Positions 1 through 10,062 of a stretch of DNA of 64,000 nt are shown here, one piece after another. The DNA comes from Thermostichus sp. DRC_bins_24 (lineage in GTDB: Bacteria > Cyanobacteriota > Cyanobacteriia > Thermostichales > Thermostichaceae). Location: the NCBI GenBank assembly GCA_039794845.1, contig JAUQVK010000101.1, positions 1,225-65,224 of the forward strand. The letters are read 5' to 3'. The notes beneath the pieces are model-generated. The model searched no databases. It was not told the DNA's origin and worked only from the letters and a program-made list of their open reading frames with translations. The position numbers and the translations under genes were made by a program. How positions within the stretch are numbered: the stretch's first letter is position 1; each line of letters begins with the position of its first letter.

Positions 1-99
1 TGCGCGGGTTTTCTGCAGCAAGGATTGTGCTTCCTCAGCCTTCTAGAGAGAGGATCCTAACTCCCACAGTTGTTATACGTGACTAGCGAAAGGGCTGTA
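1..99. mobile_element. MITE copy 1 (cut by the left window edge)
   Basis: The reverse complement aligns along its length with 16266-16360. It ends in AAGGGCTG (90-97) followed by TA (98-99). Confidence 0.75.
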
Positions 100-133
100 A
101 GCTGACGAGTCTTCTGAACGCGAGCGTATTGGC

Positions 134-699
134 CTAGACAGGTTCCCCGGCTTTTTTGAACAGGGCCGCCAATTTACGGCGCATCAGGATCCCGGGTTTG
201 TCTGTAGACAAGTGTTCTTCCTGAGCAATGTCTAGTGGGGTATCGGGATCCGTTGTTTCTAGCACCCGTTTGTCTTCTAGGGTGACCTGCCGATCAAAGG
301 CAATCACATTGGTAGCCGGTGCCTCTGCTTCGGTATCGTTACGCAACACAAACTGCACGATTTGCGAATGTTCATCGTCGATGGGGGTGGCCACCGTAAA
401 CAGAATGTGAATCACGCCGCCCGTGGAACCTTCACGCAGACCCCACGACCATCAAATTGCCAGCCGTGATAGGGACATTGAATCGCGCCTGCCACCACGC
501 GGCCCTGAGACAGACGTGCCGTTCGGTGACAACAGCGATCTTCTACACAGGCCGGTTGCCCCGCTTCGTCCCACCACAGCACCAACGGGGAGCCTAGCAA
601 GACAAACCGCTTTGGTCCATACTGCAACACTTCGACTGGGATGACTGGATACCAAAATCGCTGCAGAACCGGGTGTTGACTGACCAGCATGAATTGCAA
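134..699 (-). pseudogene. Rieske non-heme iron oxygenase alpha subunit (VanA/KshA-like), internally deleted and frameshifted
   Basis: 412-699 has the Rieske motifs DRCCHR and CPYHGW but stops right after VCVKVP. 134-415 encodes a typical C-terminal catalytic-domain tail (TPID...QFVLRND...FDRQVTLEDKRVLE) in another frame. The total of about 190 aa is far shorter than the usual ~330-350 aa. Confidence 0.8.
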
Positions 700-820
700 C
701 TTTTTGGAGAAATTCTTACGCAGACACCTTAGGTCAGAACCTCCTGCTGCTACAGTGCTGAGAGCTACAGTCTTCAGAGGATAAGGGTAGGGAAGGGAGT
801 GCTAAGATCGACAGGCTTGC

Positions 821-1518
821 AATCCTGAGCTGAATGAGCTGCCGGATCTGGACTTGGCGGAGTTGGATCCGGATGCCATTGAGCCGAACTTCGGTACTAT
901 CCACCCTCTGGAGGGCTTGCGTTCTGCCCTACAGGAAGATGAGGCAGCAATCTTGTTGGTGGCCTTGGAAGCGTTGCATCGCTTTCTCAGGCAACATCGC
1001 CGCAAGCTCGAGGAGGACTTTCAACCCTGTCAGGGGCGGTATCGCATTCCCCATCCCCAGGCGAAAGGGACAACCGCTGAAGACCTGCTGGAGTTGGGAG
1101 AGGCGACCGAAGCATCCACCCAAACTCTGCTGCGGGATGATTTGGTACCCGAGGGGGCCCAACTGGGTTTGGGGGTCTTGCCCTGGACGACGGTAGAGGC
1201 GCTGCGGCTGATGGGGCAATTGCATCCACTCCCCGAAAGCAAGCTGGTGGAGAGGGGCGAAGGGCTGCCTGTGGTGATCGTGTGTACCTCTCGACCCAAG
1301 ATGACCCCATCCACTCCATGGCTCGCAAACGCTGGGAACGGCGCTGCCGCGATACAGGTGGCTACTGTGGTTTGGTGGTGGCCATGGGGGTAACTTCCGT
1401 GCGACCGGAGTTGCAGATGCGGCACATCTTGACCTTGTTTGAAGTGCAGGCGTTGAGCCCGACGGGATTGGGGCTGGGGCCGATGGTGCGCATTAGCCGA
1501 CAATTGCCTTTGCTCTAG
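821..1518 (+). pseudogene. Fragment of a conserved cyanobacterial hypothetical protein (DUF6930-like), 5'-truncated with an internal deletion/frameshift
   Basis: The segments IEPNFGTIHPLEGLR...ALEALHRF and GEGLPVVIVCTSRPK (frame of 854), and DDP...ARKRWERRC..TGGYCGLVVAMG (frame of 1282), resemble consecutive parts of one larger protein. There is no convincing start, and the frame switches near 1297-1301. Confidence 0.55.
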
Positions 1519-1616
1519 CCCACCGGTGCAGGTAACGGATCCCAACAAGCCAGAAGCGGCCCAAAAGAGGCAGAATAATGCTGCTAAGGGATCCCTAGAC
1601 AACAGAGGCACTGCAG

Positions 1617-4187
1617 ATGACCCCCATTGAGCGTGCCCAGTGGCTGAAAGAGCAGACGCTGTTTCAAGGTTTAGCACCGGAGCATCTCTACCCTCTGGCG
1701 GAGCAGCTGCAGGAGCAACCCTTTCGGCAGGGGGAAACGCTGGCCATGGCCGGAACGATGCCGGATGGGATCCGGATTTTGTTGGAGGGGCGCTGGGAAG
1801 AACGGGATCCCGTCTCTCAGTGGCAGGTGAGCCTACTGCCAGGCTCCGTGGTCAACCTGGTGGAGGTGCTGGCCCATCAACCGAGCCGTCGTCATGTGGT
1901 GGCTGTTTCCGATGGGATCCTGGGCTGGATACCGGCAGAGGGGGTGCGGGCCTGGGCAGCTGCCCATCAAGACTCCATCCCGCTGGCCCGCGCCGATGTG
2001 GTGACTTTGCTCTCTAGCCGCGCTGAAGCTTCGGAATTGGCGGAAGCCCTGGCCCAGATGACGGCCCGCCTTACCTACGAGCAGGAACGACAAGTGGCCC
2101 TGCGCCCCTATTTGGTGCCGAAGGTAGAACGGGGGATCGTCGGCCCCAGCCGGTATGCGGTGCGGTTGCGCCAGCAGGTGAAAGAGGCCGCCCACAGCCG
2201 TGAGCCGATTTTGATTTTCGGAGAACCGGGTCTGGAAAAGGACAACATCGCCGCCCTGATCCACTTCGGATCCCCCTACCGTCGGCAGCCGATGATCAAG
2301 CTCGATTGCAGCGCGTTGCAGTCTAGTGGTGCCGATCTGTTTGGGCGGGCCGGGGGCAAACCGGGGTTGCTGGAGTGGTTGGGGGAAGGCACCCTGCTCC
2401 TGAACAACCTGCAGGAGCTACCTGCCGAGCTGATGCCCAAGATCTTGAAGCTGCTGGAGACGGGCTCCTACACCCCGGTTCAGCGGGGGGAGGGCGAATC
2501 GAGTTTGGATCCGCGCCCCTATCGCTGTCGCATTCTCATGGTGTCGGAACGGGCGATCCCAGACTTAGAGCGGTGGGTAACTGCCATCAAAGTGCCGCCG
2601 CTGCGGGTGCGCAAAGCAGATATCAAAGCCATGGCCGACTACTTCCTCAGCCTCTATAGCCGTCGTCGCGGCATTCCCAAACCCAGCCTGGCCCCAGAAG
2701 CCCTACGGCGTCTGCAAAGCTACGACTACCCCGGCAACTCGCGGGAACTGCGCAACCTGATCGAGCGGGCGGTGGTGCAAGCCGCGGGGGCGGAGGTGCT
2801 CAACGAAGAGGTGTTTTGGGCTCCCCAACCCCGGGGCAAACAGTTTCGCCTCAACCTCCTCAATGCCTATCCGAGCTTGCGAAGGTTTTTGCGCAGCCCC
2901 TGGTGGACGGATCGCCTTAACCATGGCCTGGTGCTGCCGCTGTACACGCTGGTGGTGTTTCTGCTGTTTTGGGGCCCTCAAGATCGCGCCCACAACCTCG
3001 GGTTAAACTTGTTTTGGGCCTGGTGGTGGCCGCTGGTGCTGCTGATTTTCCCGTTTTTGGGGCGGGTGTGGTGTGCGGTGTGCCCCTTTATGATCTGCGG
3101 GGAATTGGCCCAGAAGCTGTCCTTGTGGGTTTGGCCGCGACAACTGGGAAAATGGCCCCGGCAGCAGGCGGAGCGGTGGGGGGGGTGGGTCTTGTTTGCG
3201 GGGTTTGCCCTGATTTTTCTGTGGGAAGAGATTTGGGATCTGCCCAATACGGCCTATCTGTCGGCGTGGCTGCTGTTGCTGATTACGGGCGGGGCGGTGG
3301 TGTGTTCCCTCTTGTTTGAAAGGCGTTTTTGGTGTCGCTACCTGTGCCCGATTGGGGGTATGAACGGCCTCTACGCCAAACTCTCGATGACGGAGCTACG
3401 GGCGCAGCAGGGCACCTGTTCGGCGGAATGCACCACCTACCAGTGCTACAAAGGTGGGCCCCCAAAAGGGGAAGGCATGGAAACCGGGGGCTGTCCCCTT
3501 TATTCCCATCCGGCGCAACTGCAGGACAACAAAGACTGTGTACTGTGCATGACCTGTCTGAAAGCCTGTCCCCATCGCTCGGTGGAGTTTAACCTGCGTC
3601 CACCCGGGATTGAGCTGTGGACAACCCATACCCCTCGCCCGCCGGAGATCGCTTTGTTGTTGCTGCTCTTGGGGGGGATCTACCTGCATTGCCTGCCCCA
3701 GATCCATGAAATCCTCCAGCAGCAGTGGGGTGTGGACTGGGATCTGCGGGGGTTTTGGCCCCACCTAGCGGCTTCTCTGTTGGCCCTTGGGATCCCCAGT
3801 GGTGTGCCGCTGTTGGCCTACGGGTTGACGCGGCTGTGGCAGAGGTTGGGGAAGGGGCCCCGCCCCCGGGGGTTTGCGGAACTGGTTTATGGCTATCTGC
3901 CCTTGGTGTTGGGGGGCACGTTGGCCTTTTACTGGCCCCTCTTTTTGACGGAGGCCGGGCAACTTTTGCCCGTGACCTGGGCAACCTTTGGTTTTTCGGG
4001 AGCCACCCTACCGATCTGGACCGCCCATCCGGCGGTGATCGATTTTCTCCAGGGATCCACGCTGATTTTGGCGCTGCTGCTTTCTTGGGTGTTGACCCGC
4101 AAAATTGCCCGACAAGGGATCCAATGGCCCTACCATCTCGGTTCCCTGGTTTTGGGGATCAGCCTTTGGGCGGTGATCGGGGTGTAG
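1617..4187 (+). CDS. cNMP-binding domain + sigma54-activator-like AAA+ domain + membrane 4Fe-4S polyferredoxin (NapH/CcoG-like) fusion protein
   Basis: The N-terminus has a CAP-type fold (LFQGL...FRQGETL). AAA+ signatures are PILIFGEPGLEKD, IKVPPLRVRKADI and YDYPGNSREL. The C-terminus has TM helices with WCAVCP, WCRYLCP and CVLCMTCLKACP. Confidence 0.85.
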   Translation: MTPIERAQWLKEQTLFQGLAPEHLYPLAEQLQEQPFRQGETLAMAGTMPDGIRILLEGRWEERDPVSQWQVSLLPGSVVNLVEVLAHQPSRRHVVAVSDGILGWIPAEGVRAWAAAHQDSIPLARADVVTLLSSRAEASELAEALAQMTARLTYEQERQVALRPYLVPKVERGIVGPSRYAVRLRQQVKEAAHSREPILIFGEPGLEKDNIAALIHFGSPYRRQPMIKLDCSALQSSGADLFGRAGGKPGLLEWLGEGTLLLNNLQELPAELMPKILKLLETGSYTPVQRGEGESSLDPRPYRCRILMVSERAIPDLERWVTAIKVPPLRVRKADIKAMADYFLSLYSRRRGIPKPSLAPEALRRLQSYDYPGNSRELRNLIERAVVQAAGAEVLNEEVFWAPQPRGKQFRLNLLNAYPSLRRFLRSPWWTDRLNHGLVLPLYTLVVFLLFWGPQDRAHNLGLNLFWAWWWPLVLLIFPFLGRVWCAVCPFMICGELAQKLSLWVWPRQLGKWPRQQAERWGGWVLFAGFALIFLWEEIWDLPNTAYLSAWLLLLITGGAVVCSLLFERRFWCRYLCPIGGMNGLYAKLSMTELRAQQGTCSAECTTYQCYKGGPPKGEGMETGGCPLYSHPAQLQDNKDCVLCMTCLKACPHRSVEFNLRPPGIELWTTHTPRPPEIALLLLLLGGIYLHCLPQIHEILQQQWGVDWDLRGFWPHLAASLLALGIPSGVPLLAYGLTRLWQRLGKGPRPRGFAELVYGYLPLVLGGTLAFYWPLFLTEAGQLLPVTWATFGFSGATLPIWTAHPAVIDFLQGSTLILALLLSWVLTRKIARQGIQWPYHLGSLVLGISLWAVIGV

Positions 4188-4190
4188 GGG

Positions 4191-5273
4191 TTAGGGTGCG
4201 CCAGGTTCCGGCGCACAAGGCAGCGGATCCCAGGTATCTTGTCGGCGCAGAGTGGCCCGCTTCAGCTGGGTGAGGTTGGCGGAGCCCGTACAAAAGGCGG
4301 CAATGCGCAACTCCTCAATCGCCCCTTGAAACGCCGCCACCACCGCTTGCTCCTGGGCCTCACAAACCGCTTGTAGAGCCGGGGCCGCCATCCCCACCAA
4401 ATTGGCCCCCAAACGAATCGCCTTGGCCACCTCAATGCCATTGCGGATCCCACCGCTGGCCACCAAGGGCAGATCCGGCAGCACCTGACGGATGTCGAGC
4501 AGCGCTAGAGCGGTAGGGATCCCCCAGCCCACAAAGGCATGGGCAATGCGTTTCTGGAGAGGGTCCGTTTGCCGATGGGCCTCCACTTCGCTCCAACTGG
4601 TTCCCCCCGCCCCGGCCACATCCACCGCCGCCACCCCACAGGCCACCAGCCGCTGCGCCACCTTCCCACTGAGGCCATTGCCCACCTCTTTGACGATCAC
4701 CGGCACCGGCAACTGCGCCACCAACTGTTCAATGCGGGCATACAATCCGCGCCAATCGGGATCCCCGTGGGGCTGAACCGCCTCTTGTAAGGGATTCAGA
4801 TGCAGGATCAGCCCATCCGCCTCGATCATCTCCACAGCCCGAAGAGCCTGTTCCAGGCCGTAGCCATAGTTGAGCTGCACGGCCCCCAGGTTGGCCAGCA
4901 AAAGAATATCCGGGGCCACCTTGCGCACCTGATAGGTCCAGGCCAAGTCCGGGTGTTCTAGGGCGGCCCGCTGGGATCCCACCCCCATTGCAATCCCCAG
5001 GTGCTGGGCGGCGGCGGCCAAATGCAAATTGATTTCATGGGCAGAGCTTGTGCCCCCGGTCATGCTGCTGATCAAAAGGGGGGCTTGTAACCGTTTGCCC
5101 AAGAATTCGCTGCTGAGGTCGATCTGGTCGAGGTGCAGCTCCGGTAGGGCCACATGCTCGAAGAAAAACCGCTCAAAGCCGGTGCGGATCCCTTTGGCCG
5201 CCACATCCTGCTGCAAAACGATATCCAAATGCTCCTGCTTGCGCTCGGAGATGGGAGAAGGGAAATCGCTCAT
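4191..5273 (-). CDS. fni: Type 2 isopentenyl-diphosphate delta-isomerase
   Basis: RKQEHL, ISSMTGG, GVGSQR, LHLNPLQE, VKEVGNG, AGAGGTSW and ASGGIR motifs. Start placed at ATG 5273. Confidence 0.95.
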   Translation of the reverse strand: MSDFPSPISERKQEHLDIVLQQDVAAKGIRTGFERFFFEHVALPELHLDQIDLSSEFLGKRLQAPLLISSMTGGTSSAHEINLHLAAAAQHLGIAMGVGSQRAALEHPDLAWTYQVRKVAPDILLLANLGAVQLNYGYGLEQALRAVEMIEADGLILHLNPLQEAVQPHGDPDWRGLYARIEQLVAQLPVPVIVKEVGNGLSGKVAQRLVACGVAAVDVAGAGGTSWSEVEAHRQTDPLQKRIAHAFVGWGIPTALALLDIRQVLPDLPLVASGGIRNGIEVAKAIRLGANLVGMAAPALQAVCEAQEQAVVAAFQGAIEELRIAAFCTGSANLTQLKRATLRRQDTWDPLPCAPEPGAP

Positions 5274-5566
5274 GAGGTACGGCCAGGGGGCATTCCAATT
5301 TATCAGCATTGCCCGAACCAAGGCGGCTGTCTATGATGTGGGCGGGATGGGAATGTTCCGCTGGGCAGATCCCAACCGTTTGCGCCATGTGACCCAAAGC
5401 CTGGGTCTTCTTCCTCTGTTGCTTCGCAACCCTTATGCAATCAGGGGACCATAGGCGTAGCCTGTCCAAGGCACAGGCACCGGGGGCTATTTTCGTTCAA
5501 AATGGGTCGTTTTGTCGTGTTCTTGGTCAGCCTGATCTTCTCCTTCTCTCGCAGTTGACGACGACC

Positions 5567-7515
<1,949 letters not shown>

Positions 7516-7522
7516 TCAGATC

Positions 7523-7552
7523 TTGACAGGGATCCCTTCTCTTGGGCAGACT
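7523..7552 (+). promoter_or_regulatory. Putative sigma70 promoter of tRNA-Leu
   Basis: A perfect TTGACA at 7523-7528, an 18-nt spacer and CAGACT at 7547-7552, just upstream of the tRNA. Confidence 0.45.
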
Positions 7553-7563
7553 TGTAGATCGCC

Positions 7564-7646
7564 GCGGAACTGGCGGAATGGTAGACGCGCTAGATTCAGG
7601 TTCTAGTGGAAGCAATTCCTTCGGGGTTCAAGTCCCCGGTTCCGCA
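7564..7646 (+). tRNA. trnL: tRNA-Leu(CAG)
   Basis: Acceptor stem GCGGAAC/GTTCCGC plus discriminator A. D arm TGGCGGAATGGTAGACGC. Anticodon stem CTAGA/TCTAG with loop TT-CAG-GT. Long variable arm. T loop GGTTCAAGTCC. CCA is not encoded. Confidence 0.97.
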
Positions 7647-7739
7647 CTTTGATGCACACAAGATACACACGCACGCGCAAGGGTTCGCCTGAGCTTAGGG
7701 GGACAGCGCTACAGGGGGATCCCAGTGTCAACGTCTGGT

Positions 7740-7903
7740 AGGGTAGCCTCCCGACCCCTGCGAACCAAAATGGAGCAAGGAGGCCAAGGCACGGAAGGCT
7801 CTTGCTCCACCACGCTTCCGGGAGAGCCGAAGAAGCTGACCGACCGCCTACCAGTGGGCCGTCAGACTTGCGCCGAAAATTGGGTGCTGGTTATCGCTAC
7901 CCT
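7740..7903 (+). ncRNA. Candidate structured non-coding RNA (6S-like rod or branched fold)
   Basis: Closing stem AGGGTAGC/GCTACCCT plus several nested helices found by eye (see findings). The segment is GC-rich and has no credible ORF. Confidence 0.45.
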
Positions 7904-7914
7904 TGAGGAAGGCC

Positions 7915-8292
7915 TTAGATTTTCAACTCCCCCTCAATTTGGTTCAGCTTGATGCGGGCAAGGGCCAAGTTACTCTTCTCACGATCCAAAGCCAAGTAGA
8001 AAAACAACCCGTTTACAGTCTTAATTAGACGCATGAGATGATACTGTGTTCCCAAAATAATCAAAATTTCTTCAATTTCGTCATTGAGCCTGAGAGATTC
8101 GGCCACCCGCCTCTTGGCACGAATGACCTCCGTGTTACCTGCAACGGCTAGTTCTAAGCTTGCATCAGGGAAGGCAGGACTATTCGTGCCCTTGAATCCT
8201 AAACACATGCCACTTTTCCAGTCACCTAGAGCTACCCCCAAGGCTCCATCGATGGCTAAAGCATTGGTCAGAGCATCCTCAATCTTCTGCAC
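7915..8292 (-). CDS. Roadblock/LC7 (profilin-like)-fold protein
   Basis: The pattern IDGALGVALGDWKSGMCLG...AGNTEVIRAK...IEEILI.LGTQYHLMR...LFFYLALDREKSNLALAR matches a widespread ~120-aa Roadblock-like family. A GGAGG SD precedes the GTG start. Confidence 0.75.
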   Translation of the reverse strand: MQKIEDALTNALAIDGALGVALGDWKSGMCLGFKGTNSPAFPDASLELAVAGNTEVIRAKRRVAESLRLNDEIEEILIILGTQYHLMRLIKTVNGLFFYLALDREKSNLALARIKLNQIEGELKI

Positions 8293-8613
8293 AGTGCTGA
8301 CCCTCCGGGAAGAATGCGATTTTCAAGATTTTGTTTTCAAGATTTTGACTATTGCAAGTCACCGGTGACCATACATTGACCATACATAAAGATCCTGCGC
8401 TACCTCGCATATCTCTTCAAATGCCCTGAGGAATGCTCAGAGATTTCTGACATCTCAGCCACCAGAAGGCTAACACTTTTGTCCCAGATTCTCTGAGTTC
8501 GCGGAAGAACATCACCTATGATCGGGATAACATTTTTGAAAAAAAGTTGCATCCTTTCTCAAAAATGTTCATCATAGACAATCCAGATAGATGGTCGTAA
8601 ATGGTTTGGATAA

Positions 8614-8889
8614 ATGGCTCAAAAGAGTCGTTCGTCAGGCGAAAAACCAACCCCCTCCAGTTTTTTCAGGAAGATAGAAGATGGAAAAATGACATTAGCG
8701 TACAGGATGGCTAGACCTCGATCTTCAGTAAAAACATTGAATGCCTTATACAATTACTTACACAATTACTATCACTCGGGGTCGTTAGTTGATTGCTTAA
8801 GAGTAAAATCCTGCTTCATCTCGATGCTCTCACAATTGGGATCCCCAGAAATTCAAGCTTTGTTATTCAGGATATCAACAATAGAGTGA
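8614..8889 (+). CDS. Hypothetical protein in an AT-rich islet
   Basis: A 91-aa ATG ORF that stays open in AT-rich DNA. No recognisable motif. Confidence 0.35.
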   Translation: MAQKSRSSGEKPTPSSFFRKIEDGKMTLAYRMARPRSSVKTLNALYNYLHNYYHSGSLVDCLRVKSCFISMLSQLGSPEIQALLFRISTIE

Positions 8890-9138
8890 GAGCTATGGCT
8901 CTTTCTTGCCAACCCCCGATGGATCATCGCAGTGGGCAGTCGATACTTGACGCCGCCTTCTGGTCTGGGTTGAAGGAGGACTTATGCCCACTGTTTGATG
9001 ACCGGACTAGACCCGACTGGAGCAGAATCGGGTAACGCCCTAGCCCTTTTTCCGGGGATAAAGCTCTCCTTTTGGGGGAAGGGATCCCGCCCACTTAGAT
9101 TTCATGCTGGGGATAGCGTTTTCCCCTGAGGTGCCCTT

Positions 9139-10062
9139 ATGGATTCTCCGAATCCTCTGGTTGGTTTTTCCGAGGCTTTGGCCGATGTGGTGCAGCAGGC
9201 TTCCAGTTCTGTCGTGGCGGTCTTGGGTCGTCATCCCTTTCCTGCCTCGGGGATCCATTGGCAATCGGATATCGTGTTGACGGCACAACACACGCTTGAG
9301 CGGGAAGAAGAGATCCCGGTGCGGTTGGCCGGCGGACAAACCCCGACGGCGCGTCTGGTTGGACGGGATCCGGGTACGGATTTGGCAGTGCTGAAACTGG
9401 AATCGAGCCATGCCCCCTCCCCTCTGCCGGTGGCGGATTTAAATAGCTTGCGGGTGGGATCCCTGGCGATTGCCCTGGCTCGTCTGGGGGAAAAAGGCAT
9501 CTCCGCCAGTTTGGGGGTGGTGGGATCCCTCCTGGAGGGCTGGCCCACTCGACGCGGCCCGCGCTTTGAACGGGTGATTCGCCCCGATATTCGTCTTTAC
9601 CCCGGGTTTTCCGGTGGGCCCTTGCTGGATCCCTTGGGGAATTGGATAGGTATGAATACCGCCCGTTTGGGCCGTAGAGTAGACTTCACCCTGCCCGCCG
9701 ATGTCATTCAACGGGTGGCCAGCCAGCTGTTGGAAAAAGGGCGCATCAGCCGCGGCTACCTGGGGGTGGGGATGCAATCGGTGGGTCTGCCGGAAGCCCT
9801 GCGCCAGTCTTTACAGTTATCGGCGACCTCTGGGGTGATTTTGATCAGCCTGGAAACCGGAGGCCCTGCCGAGCAAGCGGGGTTGTTGATCGGGGATGTG
9901 TTGGTGGCGCTGGATGGGGTGACCGTAACCGATACCTACGAAGTGCTGGCTTTGCTGGGGCCAGAGCGGATCGGACAAACGGTACAGGTGCAGCTGATTC
10001 GGGCCGGGACCTTGCTGGAGGTGAGCTTGACGGTGGGAGAGCGGCCTTGGAGCGAAGCCTGA
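9139..10062 (+). CDS. S1C (HtrA/DegP-like) serine protease with PDZ domain, no signal peptide
   Basis: Catalytic triad TAQH / GTDLAVL / PGFSGGPL. PDZ domain RGYLGVGM...GPAEQAGLLIGDV. Confidence 0.92.
   Translation: MDSPNPLVGFSEALADVVQQASSSVVAVLGRHPFPASGIHWQSDIVLTAQHTLEREEEIPVRLAGGQTPTARLVGRDPGTDLAVLKLESSHAPSPLPVADLNSLRVGSLAIALARLGEKGISASLGVVGSLLEGWPTRRGPRFERVIRPDIRLYPGFSGGPLLDPLGNWIGMNTARLGRRVDFTLPADVIQRVASQLLEKGRISRGYLGVGMQSVGLPEALRQSLQLSATSGVILISLETGGPAEQAGLLIGDVLVALDGVTVTDTYEVLALLGPERIGQTVQVQLIRAGTLLEVSLTVGERPWSEA

Noticed and set aside
5274..5566. Expected NtcA box upstream of the nrrA-like gene
   Set aside because: No convincing GTA-N8-TAC was found by eye.
7740..7903. Retron msr-msd or hammerhead interpretation of the structured element
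   Set aside because: There is no reverse transcriptase in the window, and CTGACCGA does not fit the CUGANGA hammerhead core.
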